Below are positions 24,834-38,300 of a DNA stretch of 64,000 bases, one piece after another. The translations under genes were made by a program, and so were the position numbers. The stretch comes from Klebsormidium nitens. Its lineage: Eukaryota; Plantae; Klebsormidiophyceae. The stretch lies in the NCBI GenBank assembly GCA_000708835.1, contig DF237137.1:95815-159814 (forward strand), in the 5' to 3' direction. The notes under the pieces were generated by a model. The model ran no database searches. It was given only the letters and a program-made list of their open reading frames with translations, and was not told the origin of the DNA. Numbering within the stretch: the stretch's first letter is position 1; each line of letters starts with the position of its first letter.

Positions 24834-26389
24834 TAGCGACTGCGATAAGCAAAGCTCTATCAGCGATTCTGTGCAATCTCCAAGCACGAAAGGGATAAGG
24901 GGTTGGAACTTGAGACCGTTAAACGACAATGATCAGCTCATCACAAACAAGGGACGTGCCAGGCCGCCCCCCATTTACAAGACCGATATGAATGCCTTGG
25001 AACCAGAGGTCTTGTGAAAGCTAGGAGTGGCAGTAAGAGACCGCATAAAAGCGGACAGGGAGTGTTCAACATCACATGAAGTGCGGAACCGCAAACGCAA
25101 ATCAAATGGTTGGTCCAGGAATCCGTGATATATGTGTATCGCACACCGGGTTGACGACGCGTCTGCGCGGACCCACTCAACAAACCGGCTCAAGAGCACG
25201 CCGGGTTCTCTTCGTATGAAAAATACCGCCCTTTGGCCGGGAGCTGGCAGATTAGGTGCACCTGCTTCTTCTGTTCATTGAGGGAGTACGGATAGCGTAT
25301 TCATGTGGGTCAAAACCCTGCCTTTCGCGGCTCTGCAAATGATCCACACTTTTGACGGTTCAATTTCGGTTGGGTCCCTCAGGTGAACTTTCGGGCACGA
25401 TATGTTCGTTATCAGATCAACCGTGTCTGACATTGAAAAAATCACATACGTGATTGGGCATACGCATCGTTGTACCAAGCACGGACTAATGAAGAGAATT
25501 CATAATGCTAACAGTCATTTCGGTCGGATGACGGCCTCGACTCATGCATGTTGCACATTCGCCCAGAGACTGCGGTGCGCACGTTGGATGACTTCGCATC
25601 TCGACGGAATGAAGGACTGTTAGATCGTTCCCGGCTCATGAACCCGAGGAATAACGGGAAAAAGGAACGTTGATTGAATGAGTAGGAAGTTCGGACTCCC
25701 ACTTGTTGGGATCCATCCTATAATCGACGCGTCACGCAAGAGCTTCGTGCTCGAGACTAAAGTGTCAAGCCCTACTCCTACAATTTACAATCTCAGACGT
25801 CACTATTTCACAGGCTTATTACCCACTATAAATGCCCCTCTCTGGAGAGCGTGACCACCCTGCATACTGATCTCAAAGAGCCCGAACGTTACGCACACTT
25901 CCGAATATCCTTCTAGTCCACATCCCACGGCGTCGGCTTGAGGGAAGCCTTGATTTCAATCTCTACACATCACTGTACCTATGTTGATAAAGCACAGGGG
26001 CGCAACGCGCCTTGCGTTCCCTGTACATTTGTACCTACTTTAAACCATCCACTTCCCTTCATCTAGTGGGACCAACCCGTTACTGTCAAAGCATTCCGTC
26101 GCCCTCACCACGGAATTCTATGCCTCATCATTAGCCCCCGGCCCGGAGGTAAGCCTGCTCAATTCCGCCCGGACGGACACTAATGCACGACCCTACGATC
26201 AGAATATCACTACAGTTGTAAGCTTTTGCTTTAGCAAACCCCTACCTCAGACACTACCCTCCTGCTCCGCAACCGTACCCAACCTAATCCACCCCCAAGC
26301 TGACCCACCCCTCCCAGGCTGGTGATCCTAGTAATTTTTCGCTTGCTTCTCTCGATCTGCAGTCTTATACATGAAACGGCGCGGCGCTT

Positions 26390-29300
26390 CTACTGCACGG
26401 CCCCCATGCCAAAGATCTTCCCCTGGGGGTGCGCGCGCACCGTCTCCGCCGAGGACGAAAGCCACAGCTTGGTACGCACCGCTTCAGCCGGTACAGCCGC
26501 CGAAGCGACCGGGGGATCCCCCACCAGCGGGCAGCCCGCCGTGATCCAGGCCTCGGCGATATGGTGACCGGTCATACCGGTACCGGGCACAATGTTCTGC
26601 CAGAACTGGCCCATGGACCCGCCCCCCGGGGCGAGGTAGACGGTCAGGAAGGAGCTGGCGTCAGCATAGTGGGGCGTGACGTAACCGTTGGACGGGTCCG
26701 CGAGAGCCGCCATGAAGTCGTCCAGAGAACCCTTCAGCCATTCAGTAACCTCTTTTTCCTGCGGGTTACCCTGTACGTGGACGTACGCGAAGTTTGGGTC
26801 CTCGCTTTCAGTTGCAAACGATATCCTTAGGTGTAGAGACGGGAGGAACCCACGCCACTTTCGCAAACCGCCTTGGCTTTGAGGGGTACTTTAGGAACCC
26901 CTCATCCAAAATGAATGGATCAACCTTACACAGCCGATGCCACGCAAACGAGAAGGGCTTGGAAGCAGGCAGTTCTCTTAGGAAGCCGCCGTGTCCGGCT
27001 GCAACGTGGTATGCCCCAGAACTGGGCGGAGTGTCACAGACAGAACCGGATTGTGCGAGAGTGCATCGGGTCGACTTCGGACCGCAATCTCCCAACGATA
27101 GCAGCACCAACGAATTCAATACGATAAAACCCTCATCTGGATCCGATCCAAACTCGAAGTATGATTCGGACTTGGATCAGATCTCATCTTAATTGCTTTC
27201 GGACCATTTCGAGACCTTCCGGACGATCTGAACGGGGTCCGGCGCATCCAGACGCGTTTCCGGAGGGGGAAAGGCGTTCAGACTCAGGTGGGGCTAAGTT
27301 CTGGGTCAGAAGAAAGGGTTTCTCAAAAGCCAGTGAACTGGTGATCAATGTGAATCTTGAGATGCCTGCTCTCAAAAAAGCCCCACCTTTCCGTGCAGGA
27401 ATTTCGTCGTATGAGCCTCCTCCCCCAGTGCCTGCTTCCGGAAGTACTCGAGCGCCTTCTTGAAGCTTTCCGCTGCGGAAGGCGGCGGAAGCGGATTCGG
27501 CTGGGGGCCTAGGCTGCTGATCCAGTCCGCCCAGAGCACTTGCTCCTGGTCGAAAGCGAGATTTGATGAGGATCGGATTGGCTGTTCCGGTAACGTCAGG
27601 TGTGTTGGACTTTTAGCGAGCAGAGAAGATTTTGGGAGCGTGAGCGTCTGATAGTCTATGCCAAAAAGCGCTTACGAAAAGTTAGAGACGAAAGCTAAAA
27701 GCAAGCGAGATTTGCGAGATTCGAAAAGCTGAAGTGTGCTTTCAAATCTGTCTGTGGGAGACAAAGAAAAAGTGCGGTAACTCACGACGAAATTCTAGCC
27801 GACATCACTGCCATCGCAAAAGTAGACCAAGAGCAGTACTGAAGTAAACACCAACAAGTGTGCTTTACCTATCCGAGTCACCCCATGACGGTCAGTATTA
27901 AACGGTTGAAGTCGAAGCTGCCGTTGTCTTCTACACCCTTTGAGCACTATGATACTAGGCTTCAAAGCCGTTTTGTCCTATCTGCAAAGCAACAAGTAAG
28001 AGTGAAGCCGTCTCTTACAGCTGGTGTGAAAACCCCGAGCATCGGCCCCGTCTGGAAGTTCATCAGATCGAAGATGGAGCTGGTCTTGGGGCTTCCCGGG
28101 TCGACGAAGGGGCTGCTCGCGAGCTCATCGAGCAGCTTTCGGGGGTCTGTATTGTCGGGCGGCAGGACCCCCCGTTGATCTTGGTGAGCCCCAGCTTGGC
28201 GTCGCCGTGGTTCTGGCTCGCGTAAGGGGCCTTGTGCCTGGACACGCGGCGAACGTACAGAAATCAGCAGAAATACGTGCAGGAGCACGTGGTTCATTGG
28301 TCGAAGTGCCCGCTACAAGCAGAAAGGAGATGCTCTGATTGTACGCGCATTTGAGGGGATTCCTGGTTTTGTTGCTTATCAGAGTGGAAACGTCTGAATC
28401 GGCCTTTTGAAAGTGGCCTGGAAGCAGGGAAGAGTTGGGAGGGCGCTTTGCCAGAGGTCTGACCTACAACGGAACTCAGGATCCATCAAGAGAAGAACTT
28501 TCAAGGTGCATCGATTATGTTAACGTCTTTTGGTGGTTCACAAGTTGTACGCTGCAGTTCCCAAACGGCAAATTTCGAACCACAAAGACGAACGATTGAA
28601 CCATTGATAACCGACTCATCTGGATCGTTCGAAGCTTTCTGATGAAGGCGTTCCCAGCAAAGGCTTGCTCATGACGTCACTGGATTTAAAGGGTCATTTG
28701 CGCCGCTCGCGCCGCGCGGCGCTCAACAAACGAACAGCATGTCCGTGACGTCACGTGGCTTACGTGATCATTTGCGTCATCCGTGCGGCGGGGCTCAACG
28801 GGTGCAAGAGCTTGTTCTTCAAGTCTTCACCCAACGTACCGAGATTGGCTTGCGTCGTGTACCTGCCACGAGTTGAAGAAGGAAAGATTACGGGTCCAGC
28901 TTGACTGGGGGAACCGCAATCCATGGCAAGAATGAGATGCGTACAAGCACAAGAGTCTGAGCTGTCTCGCTTTCAACCGGCCGCCATCTGAGCGACGATT
29001 CTTTACATCTAGCCGCTTGTCGTTGTAGATCGCGTGAAAGTTACAGCAGGAAGATCCGTCCGAGGTGAGCGCTAAAGGACATGCTAAACGGCCCCAAATT
29101 CAGCGACTCACATTGCGCCTCTGCAAGCCTAAGCGGTTTTATATGAATTGTCATTCTCCCGGAAGCTCGACCATTCCGATCAAGACCGGTCTCCCCGATC
29201 GAGCGAGTCTTCAAAAGCGTACATTATGAAAGTCGCCCAATCTTGACTCCCCGCCTTCGCGACTGCCCCGCCCTCAAAGCGTTGACCTGAAGTGGGCGTA

Positions 29301-32300
29301 TCTCGCAATTGCCCTTCAAACCCAGAAACCCATGTTTCAGTCACGCTTGACCCGGCAACCGGTCTACCTTTCAGCTACTTTTCCAATCAGACGAAATTAA
29401 AGAGTCTCGCACAAGTCGCAAAGAGAGTCGCACCCATTCCAGATCCTTCTCCACGCCGCCTGCATGGCGTCATACCCGAGCTGTGCTTCGACCTGTTCCA
29501 GGTAAAGCTTCACCGCCTCGACCGCCCACGCGCCGTGGCCGTCCGAAGCGTTGTCGATCCCTGCTCAGAGTCCGTATGGTTTCGTTTCAAGAGTGTCTCA
29601 GCTCCGTCATGATTGAACGAGAGATTGAACTCAATGTACCGAACCCGGTTTGCTTTGGAAGACAGATCTCGTATACAAAAGGGAAGGGCATCTCATGCAT
29701 TGGTGCGACAGACGTACTAAAGGCACTGTGACGTTCCGCAACAGGGTCTGGCTGCAGCCTATCCAACGGCAAGGCTCATGGGCGGTTGGAAAGAGAGGGA
29801 AAGACTCCTTAGAAATTGATGGTTCGCAAGTTGTCTGACGAGAAACGCATAGGCGACTTCAGCTCGAGTTAAAGTCAGTGGTGACCTTAGATTGCAACAT
29901 CTCCGCAATTTATCATCTCCGGATATATTTCGAGGTCGCTTTCATTGGAAATATTGCAATATCCAAGCTAAAACCTTAGAAAATGAGCCTGAAGCGGCCA
30001 GTAATTTCAAAGCGTCACGGGCGCCTCTGCGGAAAACAAATGCAAATCGAGTTCAAGCGAAGCAAGCAGTAAAGACTCACGAGGACCGGCTTCGCTCGAT
30101 TCTCAAGAACGATAGAACATCCACCGTTGCCGTGCTTACGTCTCACCTTTGTGCATGACATAGAAATGAAAGTTGACGCCGTAGCAGTCGAGGAGCTCTT
30201 GCTTGCGTCTCACCGTTGTGCATGGTCTCAAAGTAGTGCGAGTTGGCACCGTATCATTTCAGGAGCTTGAGGCTCAACTCTCACCTTTGTGCATGACGTA
30301 AAAGTGCGAGTTGACGCCGTAGTAGTCAAGTAGCTTGATGGTGGTTGTCAGATCCGGCCCCGCGAACCACTCGAACTGCATCGTGATGCCCAGGATCTCC
30401 GGGAAGAACTCTGGCGTGTGGCGCGAGATGGACGCCTGCCACGTGGCGCAACTGACGTCAGCTCCGAAGAGAAAATCTGGCAGAGTGTTCACGGGTCTTC
30501 CCCAGATAAGGCTCCGAGAAAGGACAAGAAGGAAGCCTCAAAGTGACCAGTTTGACCCTTATGGGCTTTATATTACCATTACCCCTACCCCCCGAAAGAA
30601 GACTTTTCAGTCAGCTTGGAAGCTGCCAGTCTTTCCTTGTCAAGAAATTGAAGATTGCACAGACTCTCGGCGGAAAGAGACGAGGTTGTTGTTAACGACG
30701 AGATGGACTTCCTTCCGAATCCCTATGGTTGCAACTATCATCATGCACAAAAGCCTGACATACTTGGAGCGCGCTGGCGAGTCCTCTGTAAGCAGATGCT
30801 CACACCCACTCACAGAGCGCGACACAGTACTTTCATCATGCTAAATTTGCCGAATCAAAATGTCGTCATACAACAGAATCATATGAAAAGATGCCAACTC
30901 AACTCTCGCATTCTTACCTGGTATGCTGGCATCGTGAAAGCTGAGTCCAGGAAGCGGGGATCGTTGGCGAACTCCTGGCTGGTGTGCGGGTAGGGGTAGA
31001 AGCCTTCCTGATGGCATAGGTCTTTCCAGATGTTGCAGTGGTTCTTAGTTGGGTCGCCGTTACCCAACTCGTCCTGGAGAATGTGAAGCAGCAGCGACTG
31101 GACTTGGTCGACCGGGCCGCCTGGCATAGCACGTTTGAAAGAGAAGTGATGATGAGAGCTCTTCGTTTCTCTTCGTACACTTCGTTGACTGAGAAGGGAA
31201 GATGAAGCGTGCAGTAGTGGCTGCAAGAAACTTGAGTCAAGCAATCATTGCAAAAGTCGACCAGTCAAGAGTAAGCCAACCTGAACGAAGTTTTTGTAAA
31301 GCTCGAGAAGGCGCGTATTGAAAGAAACGTTTCTTGCGATCTGCATTCGCGAATCAAAGCGCAAGTTGCATGTACGTTACTGATCGGACATGGACTCAGC
31401 GAAGGAATGCGCTCGTCGAGGCTTGCCGCCCGATTCCACTAGAATGAGGACGTGAAAGCCATATAGTGTCTACTTAAGTAAGCGGTCAAACGTAAGGACT
31501 CGGTCTCATCCCAAAGTCAGACAGGCCACCACGACATGATCACGCCTTCGAATCAATTCTTTATCTCGCTGCAAAAGTGGCCGCTTCTCACTCGTGTTGT
31601 GGACACCCGAGAGCCAGATGCCGTCGGTGATGTTGAAGGGAGTGAACTGGACGATGCGCTCGTCACAGTCTGCTCGCGACTTGAAAACATTCAAGCCCGA
31701 CCAATCGTTTGCCGGATGCGTTGCCGGATCGTACTCGTTGGCCTTCTCCATGTGGGTGGTGTAAATATCGGCCAGTCTTTGGTCCAGGGCCGCCTGGATA
31801 AGAAGACGGCAAGCGAGTTAGGGGGGGGCAAGTCGGATTTTAAGAGGATGTAAGAACTCGTCAAAGGAATGATCCAACGGAGTGAAAAGGTCAAGGATAG
31901 CTGGACCCTACGCAGTCTCGGCAACAGAGATTCGTAGGGATCAGGCAAAATCTGACGTGGTATCTAGTTACTTTGCAGCCTCCTAACGCCAAATTGAAAG
32001 CGGAAGCTCCTGTTTGATCAGGCTAATGGTTGTTCTATACCAAATGTTGATCACATGTACAAAGAAGAAGGGCGTTTGATGCATTCACAAGCACCGGAAC
32101 AAGATCATAGAGCTTTGCGATGGGCCATGCTCTTTCCCCTGTAATAAAAAAGCGACACATAGTCCAACAGAAGCAGATGCCATTTCAGACTCGAGCCAGA
32201 CTTTCGAACCCAGCAAGTGTTCCACATCGACTCACCTCAGAGTACACAAAGCGGCGGAACTCTTCGTTACCTTCCAACCAGTCCTCATTTTCGAGCAGAG

Positions 32301-33711
32301 CCTCTGCGTATGCATGGCACTTGTGCACGAAAGCTTTAGCCTCAGCGAGCGCTCCTGGGTAGTCTTCCAAGTTGACGACTCTGTGGAAGAGCTGGCGATC
32401 GTAGCCCTGCATGGACAGTTCAGGCTTTGTCAGGTCAGAGGCAAGCAAAGCCGACCTTTCCAAGCTCCAGATACTTTGAAAGTGACAGATGAACACAAAT
32501 CTGCGCTTGTTCCCTGCTTGTAGGAGTCAATGCATAATGCAGGGCATCTGAATTAGTTGATGATGCTATGTAGGCAGTCATCGCCTGAGCTTGTAAAGCC
32601 AGGGTGTTGAGGCAGTTGAGATTCTTTCTCTGTCTCGCTCTGAACTATGCAAGCAAAGCCTGTGTATTATCCTTGCCTGTCTGACTTGCATATTTAGAGA
32701 GTATCGCCAGCAGCGATCAGAATTCAAGCAATGAAAACACTTAAGACCCAGCTTGATCCAACGCGCAGTGAAGAACCCTTCTTGACTGGGTCTTGCGATT
32801 AGCAAAGGGAAAATAAGTGAGGCTGTAGAGACACAACAAGAAAAGCAAAGTCTTTTCCTGATGCTAGAAAGGCTTGCAAGAATGACCGCCGAAAGTCCAA
32901 TCATGCCAACTGCAGGCCAATGTGGGCGGTAGCTCTTAACAAACAACAAGAAGACAAGCGTAAGCCTTTTAGCTGAAATGAGACATAGTAGAGGACCAGA
33001 ATTTTGCCTTTCTTGGGAGTCCTGAATGCACAAGGTTCTTCCCTGCACTGTCTATAAAAGCACGGAGCTTCTTCTTTGGGGGAGGCAATATTAACTCTGC
33101 GTATTGAATCCAGCTCCAGAAGGTTCACAGAAAATTCACATAGTTTGAGCTTGATGCAACCGATCAGATGTTGTCAGAAAAGCTGCTTCAAGGGGAGTAT
33201 AGACTTTTTCCAGTCCTTTAGTCAAGGAACCTACCGGTCGATCAGGGAAGACAGGCTGAGGTTCAAGAATTGCCCCAGCTTTTGACAGCGGAGGCTGCGC
33301 TTCGTTCAGAACAATCCTTGCAGGCGCTGTGTCCACCGTAGCCGTTGCAATTGCAGGCATCGCCACCGATCCGTGGGGGTTACCATTGCTGGAAGCTGAG
33401 CCAGGCCCCGCTGCCCCCTGTTTTGGAGCAGAAACAACGGGAGACTTTGTATGCTCTGCTTGGTTGCGCCCGGCCGTGAGCATTGAGGGATACTTGAAGA
33501 AGGGGCAACCCCCTCCGGAGCCAGCGCCCTTGCTGGCGCTGCAATAGATTGGATTCTGGATCAGATTGTAGCTGCGTTTGTTGTTAGGGATTGGTGAGTG
33601 CTGGAAAAGGATCCCTTCAGAGACAGAGGCGGAGCCATGGAGAAACGGTGCGGCTGGCAAAAGGGAGGGGCAGGTGGCTGCTGCGAGAATGGAGGCGGCG
33701 GCAGCCATCAT
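26390..33711 (-). CDS. Heme-oxygenase-like diiron enzyme (iron-containing redox enzyme, PF14518-type) with putative plastid transit peptide, ~10 exons, one apparent frameshift at 28168-28173
   Basis: Ala/Ser-rich N-terminus MMAAAASILAAATCPS. Motifs across GT-AG exons: RQLFHRVVNLEDYP, IVQFTPFNITDGIWL, LQDELGNGDPTKNH, PEILGITMQFEW, FYVMHK|GIDNASDGHGAWA, HKAPYASQNH and two C-terminal PG-x-P-x2-S...G-x-M...W modules. Confidence 0.85.
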
Positions 33712-35323
33712 TGCGTGAAGATCAAGAACGGAATCAGCAATATGAGCTGGCGTTGTGCGGAGGAAAAGATTGGGAGTTCTTGATTGTGGAAGCAAGCTTT
33801 ATGCGAAGTAAACTGTAAAGTCGATTTCATGATCAAGCTAGCAACATCTGAAATGCATGGCTGCTCCATTATGGATTCAGAACGCCGAGCGGCATGCTCA
33901 GATAACTTGTAGCTCCTCGTTTTGTTTTCCGCAAACTTCATATTAGAACATATACACTTTTAAAGATGGAATTGAACCTGAAACACTTGCAGGCAGTGGG
34001 GCCTAGACAGCCTAGTACAGCTTTCCCCCAAGTCACAACCATGGGGTAATGGGACATTGGGAGTCGGGCTGCTCGGAACCGACTCACGTTGACAGCTGGG
34101 CTTCCCTCGCTGGTATTGATGGGTATATAATACGGGTAACGTTCGATGAAGGCAAGGCAGGCGCGTTATTACGCCGAGCGCCGCGTTACACGCAATAAAT
34201 TGCGCTGATCAAGAAAGAAAGGTGCATTATGCAACTGGCAAATCCTGAGCTTTAAGCCTTTTTGGCATGCCATTTTCTTGCTATTTCGTGTGCGCCTCAA
34301 ATGCGCGCGAGCGTACGCGTTCTTCAAAATGGCGAAAGCCTACGAAACCATGTCGTGCTATGAATGCCGCAGCTAGTATGACGGCCACCGCGCTAGCCTC
34401 CTGAGGCTATTCACAGGCTCAGCTGATGAAGTGTGCCTCCAAACCACTCCAAACCCTTCCGGCTGTCGTGAGATCTAGAAATGCAACGCCCCTTTGTCTA
34501 AGCTGTCCCGTTACTAAGCGAGCATACGCTGTGCGGTGTTTGTTCACCACACAATAAAGAACGTGTGCCGCTGAAACATATAGATAGACTGTCAAAAGCA
34601 TATAGCGAACAAAACGCGGGCACTCGATTTGAGTGCATGATGGGTTTTCTCCGCAGTATACATCGAAGGCTGATGATTGAGACATCAAAGCTCATGGGAG
34701 ATCAGGACCGAGCACGAGAAGAGGAAGGGCGAGTTGCGGCGGACGGTCGCAAGCAGCAGCTAAGGATGTGCTACAGGCGGCTACCCCGGCCACTTGAGCT
34801 TCTAAACATCACTGTAAAAAGAAAATACTGGTTTATGATTCTTCAATCGGAACGTACCTTGTAGCACGTCGTACCATATGATATCATGAGGCGCTTGCAC
34901 ACGGAGACTTAGGCGGGACATATAAATGCAACGTCACTTGAACGCGCCCCTTCCGACAGTACGTCAAAACCTGATCGCACGGTGAGGGATCACTGCAATT
35001 GATAAGCGCATGAAGCGACTCCAGTGCGCATCGCCCAAAAATGCGTTACTGCACCCAGTGCCATAGCAGCGACGTTTACGGTTGACCGAAGTAACAGACC
35101 CCTGGCGAATTCGGTTCTCCATCTTCCGCTTCCATTGCGCTGACGCACATACAGATCGACACAGAAGCCGTCAACGCCTCAGGTGTTGTTTGAAGGGATC
35201 CAACAGTAACCTCGCCCCCCTGCTCACTTCCGGAATGCAGATTCCTGCCATACCTTTTTTACAACCTCTTTTCAGGAAAGTTCCGCTTAGTACACGTATA
35301 TTGAATCTCAATCAAGGGAGGAG

Positions 35324-38300
35324 TCATCTCGAAGAGATGTTCAAAGTCACAGGTCCGTCCGGTCGGAGAGTAATGACAGGCTGCGGCTGCGCGATCCGCC
35401 CTCCGGACGGAACGGCCAGTTTCCGTCGTCGGAAGATGGTCGCCAGAACCTGGCAGACGGGGAAGCGGGAACGCTTTATATTGCAAAACAGAGACAGGAT
35501 GAACGTTTCGAATTCTCGAGTAAAGGGATTGACGACAAGGCAAACCCAGAAGGCCTAAATGCAGCGAAGAGGAAAGGATTGTTGGGTCCGCTTAACGGTT
35601 CTGGCTTCAACACAAACAGAAGCAAAAGCGACTTTTATGGCGCTCTTGGAAAGAAAAGCAACGGTCAAAGCTCTCTGCAAAAGGCGTCTGCAAACATTCA
35701 GCGCAGCTAGCGCCCGCGGTGTCTTGGCCCGTCAACTTCTGAAAGTCAACTTAAAACTCAGATCGTACGAAATCCGCATCAGAAACTGAGACACACCATC
35801 CGCCACAGACTGTGTCCCGTAGCTCAAAGTTACTGCAGATCGGCTCCAAAGTGAAGTCCCTCTTCCCGTGTATTACTATCACAGTCGCAAGGTCACGGCA
35901 AGTTAGGACTTCCAGACTGTAACAGATGTCAACGGTATACCAGCCAAGCTCGATTCGAGGTCAATGTCGAGCAGATTGTAGCCAATTTTGTGAAAGTCCA
36001 CGGCTTCACCAGTGATTGCTCAACAGACTGCCTTCCAGCATCGCGGAACTCTCGCAGTACTGCGCTCCCAAAGCAACGCACTTCAGGCCTCCAACCACTG
36101 TCAGCGGGTAGAGTGGTTGTCGGTCTCGATCTAGGGTCAAAGACAAGCAATTCTTTGTGTGACACATTTGTGTCACATTGTGTAACATTGTATCACGGTT
36201 CTCAAGTTTGCTCACCAGAATGCCTTCCATCATCGCGAAGCCTTCCCCGATGCACACCCGGGGCCCCGCGCCGTAAGGCCAATACGACTCGTTGTCTTTG
36301 GGCGGCTTGGCGTCCCCGCCAGGGAGCCACCGATCCGGATCAAAGCTCTCCGCCCTGCGGAGCAGAAATGATGGATGTCAGCGGAACGGAACTAGGTGTC
36401 TGAAGTCTTGAGTTTTGGAGAAGGATCCCGGGTTTGGGCGGCTTAGTGTTTCCCCCGGGGAGCCACCGATCCGGGTCAAAGCTCTCCACCCTGCGGGGCA
36501 GACATGATCAGGATCACCGGTTTTCGAATTCGAGTATATTCTTCATCTTTTCGGGGTTTTGCTGGTCAAGATCGGACATTAGGAAAAACAGGTCTACCGA
36601 CTTTTCTGAGAGCGAAGGGATCCCTCGAGCAACGTGGTCCGTGAGCAGGGCCAAAAGGACCGACTGGATCCTCAGTGGCGATGAAGCACGGCGCGAAGAA
36701 GGAAACGGCAGGCCACTTTTCAGTGAGATGTGTTAAAGCCTAGATGGAGCAAGCACTGACAGTGATTTGTGTTGCTTTTCAATGGAGCAAGCGCTGATCG
36801 AAGCGACTTTGACGATGAGAAGCGGACTGGCCCAAGTCTTGTCAAAAACGCCTTTCGAAGACGATAATTCCGAAGGGGCATGAGTCCGTTCTTTTCCTTG
36901 CAGCTCGGTAAACAAATTGATTTGGTGAACCAGTGCATGGATGATATCAATATCCTCCCCCACAGTGACGGGCCACCAGAGAACCAGTCCATCGTCAAAA
37001 CCTTTCTTTGATCAGCCTGGAGAACCAAGACCGTCCTCAGCCCCGAACTCCCGCAACCAGAGCCTATTCTCACCGCCTAGGCCCATTCACACTGCCTGAA
37101 CCTTTTCTCACCGGGGCCAGTGCTTGGGGTCTCGGTGCAAATTGTACAAACTGATGAGCGCCGTCGTTTTGGCCGGTAGATCGTACCCCCCCAGCCGCGT
37201 CGCCGCGCACGCGCACCGCCCGATAATCCAAGCGGGGGGCGTCAGCCGCATGGTCTCCAGAACTACGGCTTCCGTGTACCTGTAGGGAAAAAGGCGCTTG
37301 CTTGCAGAATTCCGACATTTGTGCAGTTCCATTATTGACTCAAGTTTGAACTTCTTCGATCTTACAGGCAAGATGGCGGTCCAACAAGCTGGAGCGCGTC
37401 TGCCTCAAGGCTTCAGTGTTTCTTTGATGACAAGACGCAAGCGATGCACGTAAGTGATCGCAAAATCCTCCCTTTTTGTCCTGCAATATAGTCTCTTTCC
37501 TCTACAGACAACGAACCTGACAGCAAGCAGCGCCGTTTGCAGACGACCGATTTCCTTTACTTTCCGCTAATCTGACAGTTGGGCCGTGGCTCCGCTTCTG
37601 AAGTGTTGAGACTGTACGATCCCGAGTATGTGTCCACCTGCTCCTACATCAGAACTTGAGCGAGCTCCTACGTCAAGTTTCAGCGAGCCCGTCCAGCCCG
37701 GTGGTCAGGTTCCAAGAGGAGGCGTCATCTCACTTGAGCTTCCCCGCGTGCGCACTGCTGACGTCAGCACCGCCAACCACGTCATCGACCTCCTTCGCGA
37801 TGCGCTCCTGCATGTGCGGATGCTGCGCTAGGAACAGGCACGCCCAGCTCAGCAGGATTGCTGACGTCTCCTGGCCCTGCAGAGACGTCGGGGCCACGTC
37901 AGCGAGGGAGGCGACGCAACGTCAGCAAACAACAGAGAAGAGAGCCGCTTTCGGGTTGGAGAATTGACGGACTCACAATCGTCAAGCTGATCAGAGAATG
38001 AACGGAATCGAGGGTCGGATGGAGCGAGACATCCGTAACAGCCCCAGAGTGTGACAATTTGCTTCAAGAACCAACCGGCATACTGAAGTCAGCAATGGGC
38101 GGAGGAGACAGGTGCAACGTTGATCAAGGATCTGAAATTCGTTGCTCGACCAGGACAGCGCGAAAAGCTGGCGCTCCCGAGGCCGAATCCCGCGTGATGA
38201 CGTCAGCAAGCTTCCTTTTTACGACGATCCCTCGCACGACGAGTCAACAAGGAAGCGTCGGATGACGTCAGCGCGCTCACCGCAATCATGAGCGTCATCA

